Of a stretch of 60,198 bases of DNA, positions 10,165-19,449 are shown one piece after another. The notes under the pieces were generated by a model. It was not told where the DNA came from. It did no database searches and saw nothing but the letters and a program-made list of their open reading frames with translations. Position 1 is the first letter of the stretch. Every line of letters starts with the position of its first letter. The translations under genes and the position numbers were made by a program. Origin of the DNA: an uncultured Nitrososphaerota archaeon (GTDB taxonomy: Archaea; Korarchaeota; Korarchaeia; Korarchaeales; Korarchaeaceae); assembly GCA_964618805.1 (NCBI GenBank), contig CAZUBM010000006.1:22831-83028 (forward strand). The letters are read 5' to 3'.

Positions 10165-10647
10165 TTAGCGGCTCCAAACCACCTCGATCTCATCAAGTTC
10201 GATTATGTGATTCGAATTCTTATCAACCCAATGGAGTAACAGTGTTGTTACGGCAGAAACTTCGTGCTGAAGATAGAAGTATCCTGCTGTTGTGCCAAAT
10301 CGATGGGTTCCCATGACAAACAACTCGGTTCCTTCTCCAGACAGGTGCACTAGACAGTAGTCCTCAGCGCCCCAAGAGCTCTCATAGGTCGTCCCGTTCA
10401 CAATCATGGTATCCCTACTTGGGAAGCTAACACCCAACTCCTGGCACTTGTCGACGACATTTGGATTTGCTTTCGGCCCTTCAAGCAGCAGGCATGGCCT
10501 GCCTTCAACCAATGCAGTGAAAACCTCTCTCCCTGGAGTGAGAGCTCTGGGGATCTTCTCATTGAAGGAGTTCTTTCCGACGACAATAGCGTAGCGAAGC
10601 TCCATGAAATTCCATACATCGTTTGCCCTCCTAGACCTGAAACTCAT
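10165..10647 (-). CDS. Hypothetical protein, possibly a truncated C-terminal domain of a surface protein
   Basis: 160-aa ORF with LEGPKANP and VMGTHRFGTTA segments resembling archaeal surface-protein domains. The frame is open a little upstream without a start. Confidence 0.45.
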   Translation of the reverse strand: MSFRSRRANDVWNFMELRYAIVVGKNSFNEKIPRALTPGREVFTALVEGRPCLLLEGPKANPNVVDKCQELGVSFPSRDTMIVNGTTYESSWGAEDYCLVHLSGEGTELFVMGTHRFGTTAGYFYLQHEVSAVTTLLLHWVDKNSNHIIELDEIEVVWSR

Positions 10648-10757
10648 CGTTTCAATGTGATTGAAACTGAAAATCGGCCCTTGTTGCTTTATTTTAAATT
10701 GATCAGATTTTTTTACTATTCAGAAATTTTATATTGTCAGAAATATTGTTAAATCTG

Positions 10758-11006
10758 ATGATTGAGGCAAACGTCAGGATTGGTAAGAGGAGAACCTTGG
10801 TGATCCCAAAGAAGATAGCAGAGAATCTAGGGATAGAGGAAGGTATGAGGGTCAACCTTAGGGTTGAGGGCGACAAGATGATAATTGAGCCCATTAGGGA
10901 TGCTATTTGGCTTGCTCTCCATGGCAAGAAGGTTGCGAAGGTCACCCTTAAGGAGCTGGAGGAGGAGAGCTTTGAGAGACAGAAAGAGCTTGCAGGTACT
11001 AGTTGA
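10758..11006 (+). CDS. AbrB/MazE-family antitoxin
   Basis: VRIGKRRTLVIPKKIAENLGIEEG..KMIIEP. Confidence 0.9.
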   Translation: MIEANVRIGKRRTLVIPKKIAENLGIEEGMRVNLRVEGDKMIIEPIRDAIWLALHGKKVAKVTLKELEEESFERQKELAGTS

Positions 11007-11424
11007 CACGACATTCCTCCTACCAACATTGGGAATAGAGGTTGAGGAGCATGCTCAGGAGGTAATACCCTTATTTAGAAGGGTTCAGGTCTACTACCTT
11101 GAGGCAAGTATCTTGGAGGCTCTCTGGAAGCTAGTTAAGCTGAAGATCGATCCCTCTACCCTTGAGTCAGGAGTAGAAGCCATAAGGAGCACCTACAATG
11201 AGTTGCTTCCTAAAGCTAGTGCCTTCAGGATAGCTTTAGCCCTCTACGAACTCGGACACAGGGACCTTATAGACAACCTGCTTTACGCTTCCTCCTTCAA
11301 ATCGGGGATGCTCTTCCTTACAATAGATGAGGATTTCGTAGACTTCCTTAGAACCAAGAAACAGCCGCTGTCTCACGTGTTGACGCCGCTTTCTTTTAAA
11401 AAGGCAGTTAAAAGGGTTAGTTAA
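10990..11424 (+). CDS. vapC: PIN/VapC toxin
   Basis: VLVDTTFLLP, EA, DLIDNLLYA and LTIDED acidic residues; a TTG start overlaps the antitoxin stop. Confidence 0.88.
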   Translation: MQVLVDTTFLLPTLGIEVEEHAQEVIPLFRRVQVYYLEASILEALWKLVKLKIDPSTLESGVEAIRSTYNELLPKASAFRIALALYELGHRDLIDNLLYASSFKSGMLFLTIDEDFVDFLRTKKQPLSHVLTPLSFKKAVKRVS

Positions 11425-11904
11425 CTCTACCAATGTTTCTCTAAGGTTATTGTACCTGCAACTTTAACGACTGTAATCAGAGTCTCTGAGAGCCATAGGA
11501 TACTTGCCTAGATAAATGAAGAGAAATCGATATCTTCTCTACCGCTAACTTAAATTTCGTCTGATGGAAATAATATGAGGTTAAGAGGCTTGTTTGCACA
11601 TCTGGTTGCCTGAGGTAAAGGTGACAACCGAGCATTTTGAAGGTTTTATGGAAAAACAATCATGGGAGAGCAATGTTTGAGAAGGACGTGGTGAAAATCC
11701 TTTTATTGTAATTAACGCGTGGATTCAAGGCAATTTGCCGGAATCTCAAAGCTCTCCCTTGGTCAATATTTCTTTTTTGAAGCTCTCAGATAGATATTCA
11801 CGTTTTTCAAATGAAAGATTTATTTCTTCTTTAAGAAAGAGAAGTGGTGATTATCTCAGAAAGGCCTTCTCTTTTTAAGAGGAAGGACCTGAGGGGAAGG
11901 AGAG

Positions 11905-12586
11905 ATGATAGAGAAAATCACTGAGTGGTTAACTATCATTTTCTTCATCTGGTTTGTCCTTACATTATTCCTTGGGCGAAATGGCCCAATCTTTTAGGTC
12001 TTAGGCAGAGCCCGTTTCTCGCTACAACGAGATCGTAGGTGACTACAACAAGGAATACTACAGGAAGTACCTGATCTTTCCATGCAACATCTTCGGTAAA
12101 AGAGTGATCGGGATAGGTGATATCCTCAATGTCACTTTCCCGTCAGGCCGGAAGTCCTTGAAAAAGCACTATGCTCTTGAGAACGTCGTATTCTTACCGT
12201 CAGACCCATCGCTCAGTCCTTGGAGGTGCAAAGACAAGCCACGTGAATGGGGAGACACAATTTCGGACCACATGAAAAAATTCGACGTGACCGTTTAGAT
12301 TCCGATACCCTACATACCCAGACTGGAAGGAACAACAATCAATGGAACGCTTGAAATGGATCTAATTTATCCTGAGGAGACACGCTCGATTGCATTCTGG
12401 GGTAAGTTCGTCAATCGGTACGAACACTTGGAGAAAAGCCTTAGCATCCACATCTTCACTAGCACGGAAATCGAAGAACTCTCTGACCTCGAGAGTCAAA
12501 TAGGTTCCCTATGGAAGAGGTCCGTTTTGTTCTCCTTCTTGGGGACCGTCGTGTTCTTCATCCTATGGCGCAGGAGTGTGGCATAA
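11905..12586 (+). pseudogene. Fragmented membrane protein gene
   Basis: Hydrophobic N-terminal piece from 11905, followed by short ORFs 12104-12298 and 12356-12586 ending in a TM helix. Confidence 0.45.
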
Positions 12587-12702
12587 ACACACAGTTGCTT
12601 CGGTGCTCACGCAGTTGTGCCTTGGTATGTTAAGGAAGAATCATCAGGAAGGTACAAGATTTATGTTTACAACTGCGACGGTGAGTATGGATATAATGTT
12701 CC

Positions 12703-13455
12703 TTAACCAAGCTCAATAGCTCCTCTCAAGAGGGGCTGATACACCAAGTTTGCTACGGTCCCCTTTAGAATGAAGTCCAAAGCTATTGTCAGGATGGCTA
12801 GATATAGTTGCCTCTTAACCTGCCTTTCATCGAACTCTACTTTAAGAATCTTGGAAAATATGGGTACTGAGAGGACTATCCCTAGGTTCACGTACCCAAC
12901 AACTCTGAGTATTGCGTAAATCGGCCAGCCAAAGATAAGGGGGACCCAAAGCTTCCCCGGCCTTGCATGGATTATGATACATCCAACATAGTAGTTCATG
13001 TAATTAAGCAGGAAGGAGCCAAGGAAGAGGCCTAAGAACCCGGCTGAAAACAGGCACAGAACTGAAAAGATTGCAATTTCTCTCAGCTTCGGCACGATAA
13101 AGAGCCTAGGATCTCCTTCAGGACCTTTTCCCGTTTTTATCCAATCTAACATCTCCTGCTTGTACGATGTCCCGTGGAGTATAAGCTCACCTATTCCTTC
13201 CCCTAGCAAAGCAGTGAGGAGTATTAATGTTATTGAGGAGGAGAGAGCCCATAAAAGGACATGCTTTGAGGCCTCCCAGCTTCTGCCTTGCCTAAGGTCT
13301 AGGTAGTAGATTGGATATATCGCAATGGTCATCACGAGGGGAAAGGCGAACTTTGAGATATTTGAAAGAAGAAGCCCTACAAGGGTGGAAATAACACCTG
13401 TTGCAAGGGAAAGGAGGCAGCCCTTGACGCCCTTAAGAGGAAGGTCCGGTCGCAA
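12703..13455 (-). CDS. Multi-pass membrane protein of unknown function
   Basis: 250 aa with several hydrophobic helices. Confidence 0.75.
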   Translation of the reverse strand: MRPDLPLKGVKGCLLSLATGVISTLVGLLLSNISKFAFPLVMTIAIYPIYYLDLRQGRSWEASKHVLLWALSSSITLILLTALLGEGIGELILHGTSYKQEMLDWIKTGKGPEGDPRLFIVPKLREIAIFSVLCLFSAGFLGLFLGSFLLNYMNYYVGCIIIHARPGKLWVPLIFGWPIYAILRVVGYVNLGIVLSVPIFSKILKVEFDERQVKRQLYLAILTIALDFILKGTVANLVYQPLLRGAIELG

Positions 13456-13746
13456 GACGATCCCCTCTCAAGAAGAGAGCTTACCTTATAAAGGTAAGAT
13501 ATCAAGCCCCTCGATGGACATTTATTCATAGAAGAGGTATAGAAGGTCATCAAATCCTATTTAGAAAAGCTCCAAGGAAATAGGTCGAATGAGCCTTGAA
13601 ATTAGTGAGGAGCAAAGAAATGACTTCTTAATACCCCTAGCTAAAGAAGAATTCTTAAGCAAACCTGGGATTCAAGAAATTGCACAAATTTTCCAACTTC
13701 GCCTGGTCAAAACGGGTTATCAGATGGGGCGTGATAGACCTTTTTT

Positions 13747-14022
13747 ATGCCCGTTGCTTATTCCTATAGGTTGGAGAGAAAAAAGTTCGTCATAGCCGGT
13801 CCAAGAGTTCATGGGGTTGGCTACAGGATTCTTCTAATAAACATAGCCCTAGAAATCGCCATGGATAAGATGGCAGCTTACAACACTTTCGTGGAGGATA
13901 AAGAGGCAGCAAGTGCCATAATAGAGGGAGATAAGAAAAATAGAGTCTTTTTCAAAGTTAGTCAGGGAGAGGGACGGGGACATAATATCCAGCAACTTCA
14001 TGTGGATAATGCAGTACATTGA
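13747..14022 (+). pseudogene. Acylphosphatase-like domain fragment
   Basis: GPRVHGVGYR resembles the acylphosphatase VQGVGFR loop; the C-terminus looks frameshifted. Confidence 0.5.
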
Positions 14023-14101
14023 GAGTGGACCGGGCTCACCCTTTTTGCTAACGGGCCTTTACCTCACATGGTACGAAGCCTGCACGATCGGTTACTCGAG
14101 C

Positions 14102-14557
14102 TTATCCCTCCTCAACGGATCTGAGGTAGATCTCCAGCTCGCTGCCCTTCACCTTCTCCTCTTTTCTAACTAAATAGCACTTCATCCTTACGACAAGGCC
14201 AGGTGGCGTGTCAGCGACCCAGCCAGTTGAGATGCAATATCCATTCTCGTCAACTACGCCGTACCCTCCGCACTCCCTTCCCTTTAGTGGGTGACCTTGG
14301 GTGAAATTAATTGAATCGCAGAAGCACACGATCCTGTACCTGGCATACCTAGGGGAGGTCTTGAATGTTATGTTGAAGTGTTCCCAATGCCTCACTTCTA
14401 CGATTATTTTCCCATCGTGCTCGCTAATTTCCCCTTTGCTCACGCCTACTACTTCTATTTTTGGGCGAGACCAGTAAATCGTGTAGAACGCAGCCGCTAG
14501 AACCGCAAGCAATAGCAGGGCTACGATTAATGCAAGCCTCCTCATCTTCATATCCAT
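14102..14557 (-). CDS. Membrane-anchored or secreted hypothetical protein
   Basis: Basic N-terminus plus hydrophobic helix, Cys-containing soluble domain. Confidence 0.7.
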   Translation of the reverse strand: MDMKMRRLALIVALLLLAVLAAAFYTIYWSRPKIEVVGVSKGEISEHDGKIIVEVRHWEHFNITFKTSPRYARYRIVCFCDSINFTQGHPLKGRECGGYGVVDENGYCISTGWVADTPPGLVVRMKCYLVRKEEKVKGSELEIYLRSVEEG

Positions 14558-14654
14558 AAACCAATTGACTCCTCCATTTAAGAATAATCAACGTCTTCTC
14601 TCCAGAGATGAGGGAGGGAAATTGTCTCCGCAGGAGAAAGGACAGTCGGCGCGC

Positions 14655-14741
14655 GCTTCAATCAGAATCTCCGGGAGGGGGAGATCGAAAGTATAATACC
14701 GCCAGAGTTCCAGAGGCCCTGTGTTAGCGTTTCAATCAGAA
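14655..14741 (+). CRISPR. Repeat-spacer-truncated repeat unit
   Basis: GCTTCAATCAGAATCTCCGGGAGGGGGAGATCGAAAG (14655-14691), a 37-nt spacer, then GTTTCAATCAGAA (14729-14741), cut off. Confidence 0.75.
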
Positions 14742-14834
14742 GGGCCTTATCATAAACTTATTCGGAATACCTAGGGCTAGGATGGAACTAGAGCCTGCTA
14801 ATTTTCGTTTTGAAGAAGGACGAGGATGTTTTAT

Positions 14835-14866
14835 AGATTTAAATAATACATGTATTACTTAAATCT
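14835..14866. promoter_or_regulatory. 32-bp palindromic operator upstream of TA operon
   Basis: AGATTTAAATAATACATGTATTACTTAAATCT, one mismatched pair, ending 2 bp before the ATG. Confidence 0.7.
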
Positions 14867-14868
14867 CG

Positions 14869-15150
14869 ATGACTATGAAGGATAAGATCACCAGCATCAG
14901 GATAAGGGAGGACCTTTGGAAAGATGCTAAGATCTTAGCTATTGAGGAAGGAATTACTTTGAGGGCGCTTATTGAAGAATTGTTGGGTTCTGCTGTTCAG
15001 GGAGCTAGATTAGCCAAGAAATTTCAGTTAGGGATACAGGATGATGTTCTAGAGGTGCTTAGATCCAAGAGAAAGACGAAGGAGATTCCCTTCACGATAG
15101 TTCATGAGAAGACCGCTGTTGAACTCGTGAGAGAGGGCAGGGGTGAGTAG
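14869..15150 (+). CDS. Ribbon-helix-helix antitoxin
   Basis: ITSIRIREDLWKDAKILAIEEGITLRALIEELL and C-terminal TAVELVREGR. Confidence 0.85.
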   Translation: MTMKDKITSIRIREDLWKDAKILAIEEGITLRALIEELLGSAVQGARLAKKFQLGIQDDVLEVLRSKRKTKEIPFTIVHEKTAVELVREGRGE

Positions 15151-15155
15151 ACTAG

Positions 15156-15665
15156 GTGGTTGAGCTTAATGCTTTATACTTAGATACTAACGTTATTATA
15201 GCCAGGTATAAGCCATCCGATCCCCTTTACGGAGACTCGAATAAATTATTTACCAGAAGCTTCAGATTTTTTATTTCGCCAGTAACCTTGTTTGAGCTAT
15301 ATTCTGTCATTTCGAGACTACGACCTGGTTTGGTTTTACCTAAGGAGGCTAAACACGCATCGGTGAATACAATAGTTCGCTTCATGATGGAAGATTGTGG
15401 CCTAAAGCTCGTATCCAAAACCTTTTTGGCTGCAGCTTTTTTCCTCGGTGAGAAAGCTAGGTTGCCTTTAGAGTACTGGTTGTCGGTGATATTGGCTGAA
15501 AAGTTGAGGTTAAGAGCTTTAGACTTACTTCACATTGCTTATGCTGCTATGTTAAGGGATAAAGTACAGATATTTGTAACAGGAGATGATGAGATCTTAG
15601 AGCGAAGGGATTCTATAAAAGAGACCGTTGAGCTTGAGGTAAGACATCCTAGAGAGCTATTTTGA
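15156..15665 (+). CDS. vapC: PIN/VapC toxin
   Basis: LYLDTNVII, TLFEL, LRALDLLHIAYA and FVTGD motifs. Confidence 0.9.
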   Translation: MVELNALYLDTNVIIARYKPSDPLYGDSNKLFTRSFRFFISPVTLFELYSVISRLRPGLVLPKEAKHASVNTIVRFMMEDCGLKLVSKTFLAAAFFLGEKARLPLEYWLSVILAEKLRLRALDLLHIAYAAMLRDKVQIFVTGDDEILERRDSIKETVELEVRHPRELF

Positions 15666-15821
15666 GTAGGAGAATATGAAGAGAGCTCCACGATAGCGAT
15701 AAATCCATATGAATATAACATTGGTCATGGTTAGAGAAAATCTGCTGTAAACAAGCCTACAAATGCATAAAATAATCGAACTGGCTTTTTGCATGTGGAT
15801 GTGTGGATCTCCCAACTTGAT

Positions 15822-15857
15822 GCTTTAATCAGAATCTCCGAGAAAGGAGATTGAAAG
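15822..15857 (+). repeat. Solitary CRISPR-like repeat GCTTTAATCAGAATCTCCGAGAAAGGAGATTGAAAG
   Basis: 32/36 identical to the unit at 9131-9166. Confidence 0.8.
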
Positions 15858-16030
15858 TTTAATAGATATCCCAGTTTTCTCCTGCTCCTTTGCTCTAACC
15901 GTCTGGAGCCAAGGTTCTCCATTCCCAAAGCAGTTAGGCCTTGAGTTTGAAATATCTATCTCTATAAATTAGATTATTCAAAAAGAACAGTGGATTTATG
16001 TGGCTTTTAGTCTAGTTCTCCTAATAGGGA

Positions 16031-16630
16031 TTATAAAGTCTCTCTATCCATTAGCTTAGGAACCCAGAGATACCTAACTACATAGGGCACATCCTTCATG
16101 TCTAGGAAACGTGTCACATCCGTCGTCTTATTATAAGGGACAATAAAGCTCCCCCTGCCCACTCTAAAGCCTCTAAGCTTCTCGACAATTCCTACATACC
16201 TTCGTTTTCCTTTTCTGCCGTAGAGCCTATGTAGGATCTTTACCTTTTCAACTGGATCTAGGCCCTTTAGATCGTAGCTGATTAATGCTATGGGAGAGAA
16301 GCCGATCAACTTCCCTAGGTCAAAGTCCCCTTTTCTGAAGAGGGTTATCCCGTCTCTAAGGACCGACGTTAGCAGTGGAGATGATTTTATTTCTTCTATG
16401 GTCATTGATATTACCTGTACGAAAGCTTCTGACTTAGAAGCCAGTTTCCAGACTTCTTTTCTTCCCAGTTTGAGGGTTTCGCCATCCAAAAATAGGACGA
16501 GGAGATCCACATCGCTTCCTTCGTCGAACTCCCCTCTGGCGTAGCTTCCGAACATTATCACCGCTAGAACCCCTTTTATCTTTCCGATTTTTGAGACTAG
16601 CTCCTTTATCTCTTTAGGAACTTGACTCAA
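16031..16630 (-). CDS. MNT nucleotidyltransferase with extra C-terminal domain (Cas2/VapD/PaaX-middle-like)
   Basis: MFGSYARGEFDEGSDVDL in the N-terminal half; the C-terminal ~85 aa begin ALISYDLKGL. Confidence 0.8.
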   Translation of the reverse strand: MSQVPKEIKELVSKIGKIKGVLAVIMFGSYARGEFDEGSDVDLLVLFLDGETLKLGRKEVWKLASKSEAFVQVISMTIEEIKSSPLLTSVLRDGITLFRKGDFDLGKLIGFSPIALISYDLKGLDPVEKVKILHRLYGRKGKRRYVGIVEKLRGFRVGRGSFIVPYNKTTDVTRFLDMKDVPYVVRYLWVPKLMDRETL

Positions 16631-16985
16631 TACACTCCCTCCTTAAAACTTCTAGAATTTCCTCCAAAGTCCTCAATGCCAGCTCCGCCCTTTCCTCATC
16701 CTCTCCTCCATATCCAAGCTCTGCATATATGGACCAAAGGGTTTCCCAAGCCTCCGATAGCTCTGGAAAATTTGATCTTAGCCAATTTCTCCTCATTTTA
16801 TGAGCTCTTCTGGAATCTTCATGAAAGTGGAGATCCTTTCTAGCTGCACAGGCCTCTATAGCCTGTTCTAGTGACCTGATAGAGAGTATCCCGACGTTTG
16901 AGTATCTTTTTGCCCTAAACTCACTTCTAGCTCCGTCTCTGTTTTCAATAGCGAGCTTCCAATGGTAGAGTGGATCTCCCATCAT
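16614..16985 (-). CDS. HEPN-superfamily protein
   Basis: All-helical ~123 aa with SLEQAIEA and HEDSRRAH; overlaps the MNT gene. Confidence 0.65.
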   Translation of the reverse strand: MMGDPLYHWKLAIENRDGARSEFRAKRYSNVGILSIRSLEQAIEACAARKDLHFHEDSRRAHKMRRNWLRSNFPELSEAWETLWSIYAELGYGGEDEERAELALRTLEEILEVLRRECIESSS

Positions 16986-17156
16986 GTTAATAATTAACAT
17001 AGATATAAAAATCTTCTTCAGATACGATCTTTTCCTACGTTGAGAGAGCTAAGTGCAGAATGAGTAGCATTGCTTCCTAACTTATCTACCTCCCAATCGA
17101 AACCCTCAAAGTGGAGTTGGCACAGGAAATCTTCCTTTTGCGTTGGTTTTCTTATT

Positions 17157-17501
17157 TCATTCCAACTTTAGTCCCAGCTTCTCAAGCCTCTTGAAGTGTT
17201 GGTCCCCGCTTTTCAGCCTTAGATTATGGGTTATGGCTGTTGCCCCTATTAGAAGATCTACATCCGGTATCAGTATGCCTTTCCTTTTGAGATCTTGATA
17301 CAACCTACAATAGGTTTCTATCACCTTATTGTCTAAGGTTAAGACGTCAAAGCTCTCTTCGAGAAGCCTTTTTACTTCTCGCCTTTTTTCAGCCTTTACT
17401 CCTCTAAGAACCTCTATTAGGGTTATTATCGATATGGCCCCGGCTTCATACCTTTTCCTTCGCAGCAACTCAACTATGGCATCCGTGTCTAGGAGCCTCA
17501 T
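17157..17501 (-). CDS. vapC: PIN/VapC toxin
   Basis: LLDTD, ITLIEV, DVDLLIGATA and GDQHF motifs. Confidence 0.92.
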   Translation of the reverse strand: MRLLDTDAIVELLRRKRYEAGAISIITLIEVLRGVKAEKRREVKRLLEESFDVLTLDNKVIETYCRLYQDLKRKGILIPDVDLLIGATAITHNLRLKSGDQHFKRLEKLGLKLE

Positions 17502-17725
17502 CTCAACTTGAACCTTTTCCTGAACTCTTTTCTGGATTTGAGTATGCTTTCTATCTCCTCCTCTGTTAACTTCTCAGCAAGCTTCTCAAATGATTCTTTG
17601 GCTTTCAATCTCTTAGCTTCCATATAGAGCTTTAGAAGGAAATCTCCCCATTCTTCTTCTCCCTTAGCCTCTTCCAAAATTCTCTTGACCTCGGCTGGGA
17701 CTGAAATAGTTGTGTACCTGTTCAT
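17498..17725 (-). CDS. vapB: VapB-type antitoxin
   Basis: YTTISVPAEVKRILEEAKG; ATGA overlap with the PIN gene. Confidence 0.85.
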   Translation of the reverse strand: MNRYTTISVPAEVKRILEEAKGEEEWGDFLLKLYMEAKRLKAKESFEKLAEKLTEEEIESILKSRKEFRKRFKLR

Positions 17726-17754
17726 ATATAACTACATAATTATGTAGTTATATA
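17725..17754. promoter_or_regulatory. Perfect 30-bp palindromic operator
   Basis: TATATAACTACATAATTATGTAGTTATATA abuts the antitoxin start codon. Confidence 0.8.
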
Positions 17755-17836
17755 ATTAAATATTTCTGCTGGGTTATGTCCAATGACATGATTATCAGAA
17801 AGGAAGATATGAAAGGTTTTGGTCCCTATTAGTTTC

Positions 17837-19229
17837 TTAGGTGAGTTCAAGTCTTTTTAAAACTCTTACAGCTATTAAGAAAAATACTAGAAGGAGTATG
17901 GCTGCTATGATGAATGGGTTTGTGAGGAACTCCAGGATCGGAGATTTAACAGGTTCTGAAGACCATACTGCTGTCAGCTTGATGGGTCCTTTGACTTCTA
18001 TCTCAAGTGATAGATCTGTGGAGATACTATTTCCCTGCTGATCTTCCCATTCGACAAACCTATATCTTGTATCATCCTGCACGAACTCAGCCCGATCCAG
18101 TGAAATGTGAGCGATTTCCCCCTTTGGGTACCAGCCTTCACCTGAAACTTGTCCGAAGGGGCTCTCTACCTCTACTAGGTATTCCTCTCTCCACTTTGCG
18201 TATATTACGACGTGTTCTTTGTCCAATTTTAATTGAATAGTGCTTTGTGATGACAAGAAGTTACCCTGTTCATCTACCCAGCCTGTAAAGACGTATCTAA
18301 CCCTGCGACTGGTTTGGTGCACGGTGGGACTCAGGGACACTGTTACCACTTCCCCGAGCAGGTAGACACCAGCTCCTTGAAACCGTTCCATGCTCTGACA
18401 TCACCTCCAGCGTAGAAGTCCCTTTCTCTTCAAATTCGACGACGAGAGGGAACTTTTCGGTTCCGTAGAAGTACTTGTTAAAGAATTCTGTGAAATCGTG
18501 ACCAGTTACCAGGTTAACTGCTTCAATGAAATCGTTTGAAGTGACCTCCTTCCCTTTTAATGCATAGTTCTCGTACAAGTAATGAATGACATCGTTCACG
18601 CCTTTTTCGCCATTTGTAACCCTCCTTATCTCTTGGTCGAGGGTGTAGCTAAACAACCGAATCTTCTTCTCATTGTTTACAACAGCATCTCTGTATATGG
18701 GTAGTATTTCCTTCCCCTTGTTTGCCTCCTCGTATGCAAGCCATGTGTGATACAGGCTCATTCTGTACTCATCTTCGCTCCAATTGAAGATGTCCACCAT
18801 TGCTCTGCCCCCATAATAGAACCTCCAAGGATTGCAGAGCCAAGACATTGCGTTTTCCTCGATAGGACCAGGCTCAAATTCTGCAAACCAAGTGCTCGGT
18901 ACATGAAGTGGGAAGTCCATCATAGCCTCTGGAAAACTCGCTCTTTTCCTCTCATTTGCTGGAATTATTTCGAAGAAAGACGCATATTCTCCCATTCCCA
19001 CTAATTCGCCCAATCCCTCAATGTCTCGAGCTTGAGCTGGTAGCACTATTCCTAGCAGGGTTTCAGGTTGGTAATCGCCAATAACTTCCTGGAAGTACTC
19101 TACTAACTTTAAAACGTAGTTTGCCTCTGCTGCCAGAACAGGGATTTGTAGAATCCCAATTGCTAGGTTGCAGAGAAGTAGCATGCTTCCTAAAAGCTTA
19201 AGCCGATTTTGAAACATCCTATTCGCCAC
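17837..19229 (-). pseudogene. Secreted metallopeptidase-like surface protein with repeat domains and C-terminal TM, split by frameshift
   Basis: ORF 18297-19229 has a signal peptide and an M1/M61-like C-terminal region (LDQEIRRVT..DFTEFFNKY) but no HEXXH. ORF 17837-18391 continues with G.G.Y..GE.V / YxFxxW repeats and a TM anchor. Confidence 0.6.
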
Positions 19230-19449
19230 TAAAGTTGTTTCAATCTTAGTCTTAGCTGTCCGAGCCTATTGAATGCTGATTTCAGCTTTAAACCTTTAAA
19301 TTGTTGGCCTTGAACGTTGTTGCTATCAAAGGAATATTTTTCTTCTTTAACTCTTGACTATGTCCTCATAGCTTAGCATCCTTGCGCCAAAACCGGTTAT
19401 AGGGGTATTAAGTTAAGTTAAAAATCTAGGTCTTTAAGGGGTGAGCTAA

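Noticed and set aside
10649-10667. Palindrome GTTTCAATGTGATTGAAAC resembling fused repeat ends
   Set aside because: Too short, and lies in the open frame upstream of ORF 10165-10647; it could be an operator or coincidence.
14582-14620. Possible additional repeat before 14655
   Set aside because: Spacing fits, but similarity to the consensus is too low.
17090-17123. CCAATCGAAACCCTCAAAGTGGAGTTGGCAC as a degenerate repeat between two TA operons
   Set aside because: Lacks the TTGAAAG handle; not distinguishable from background by eye.
19237-19275. GTTTCAATC...ATTGAATG repeat-like ends
   Set aside because: 39 nt, with no matching internal stem or consensus.
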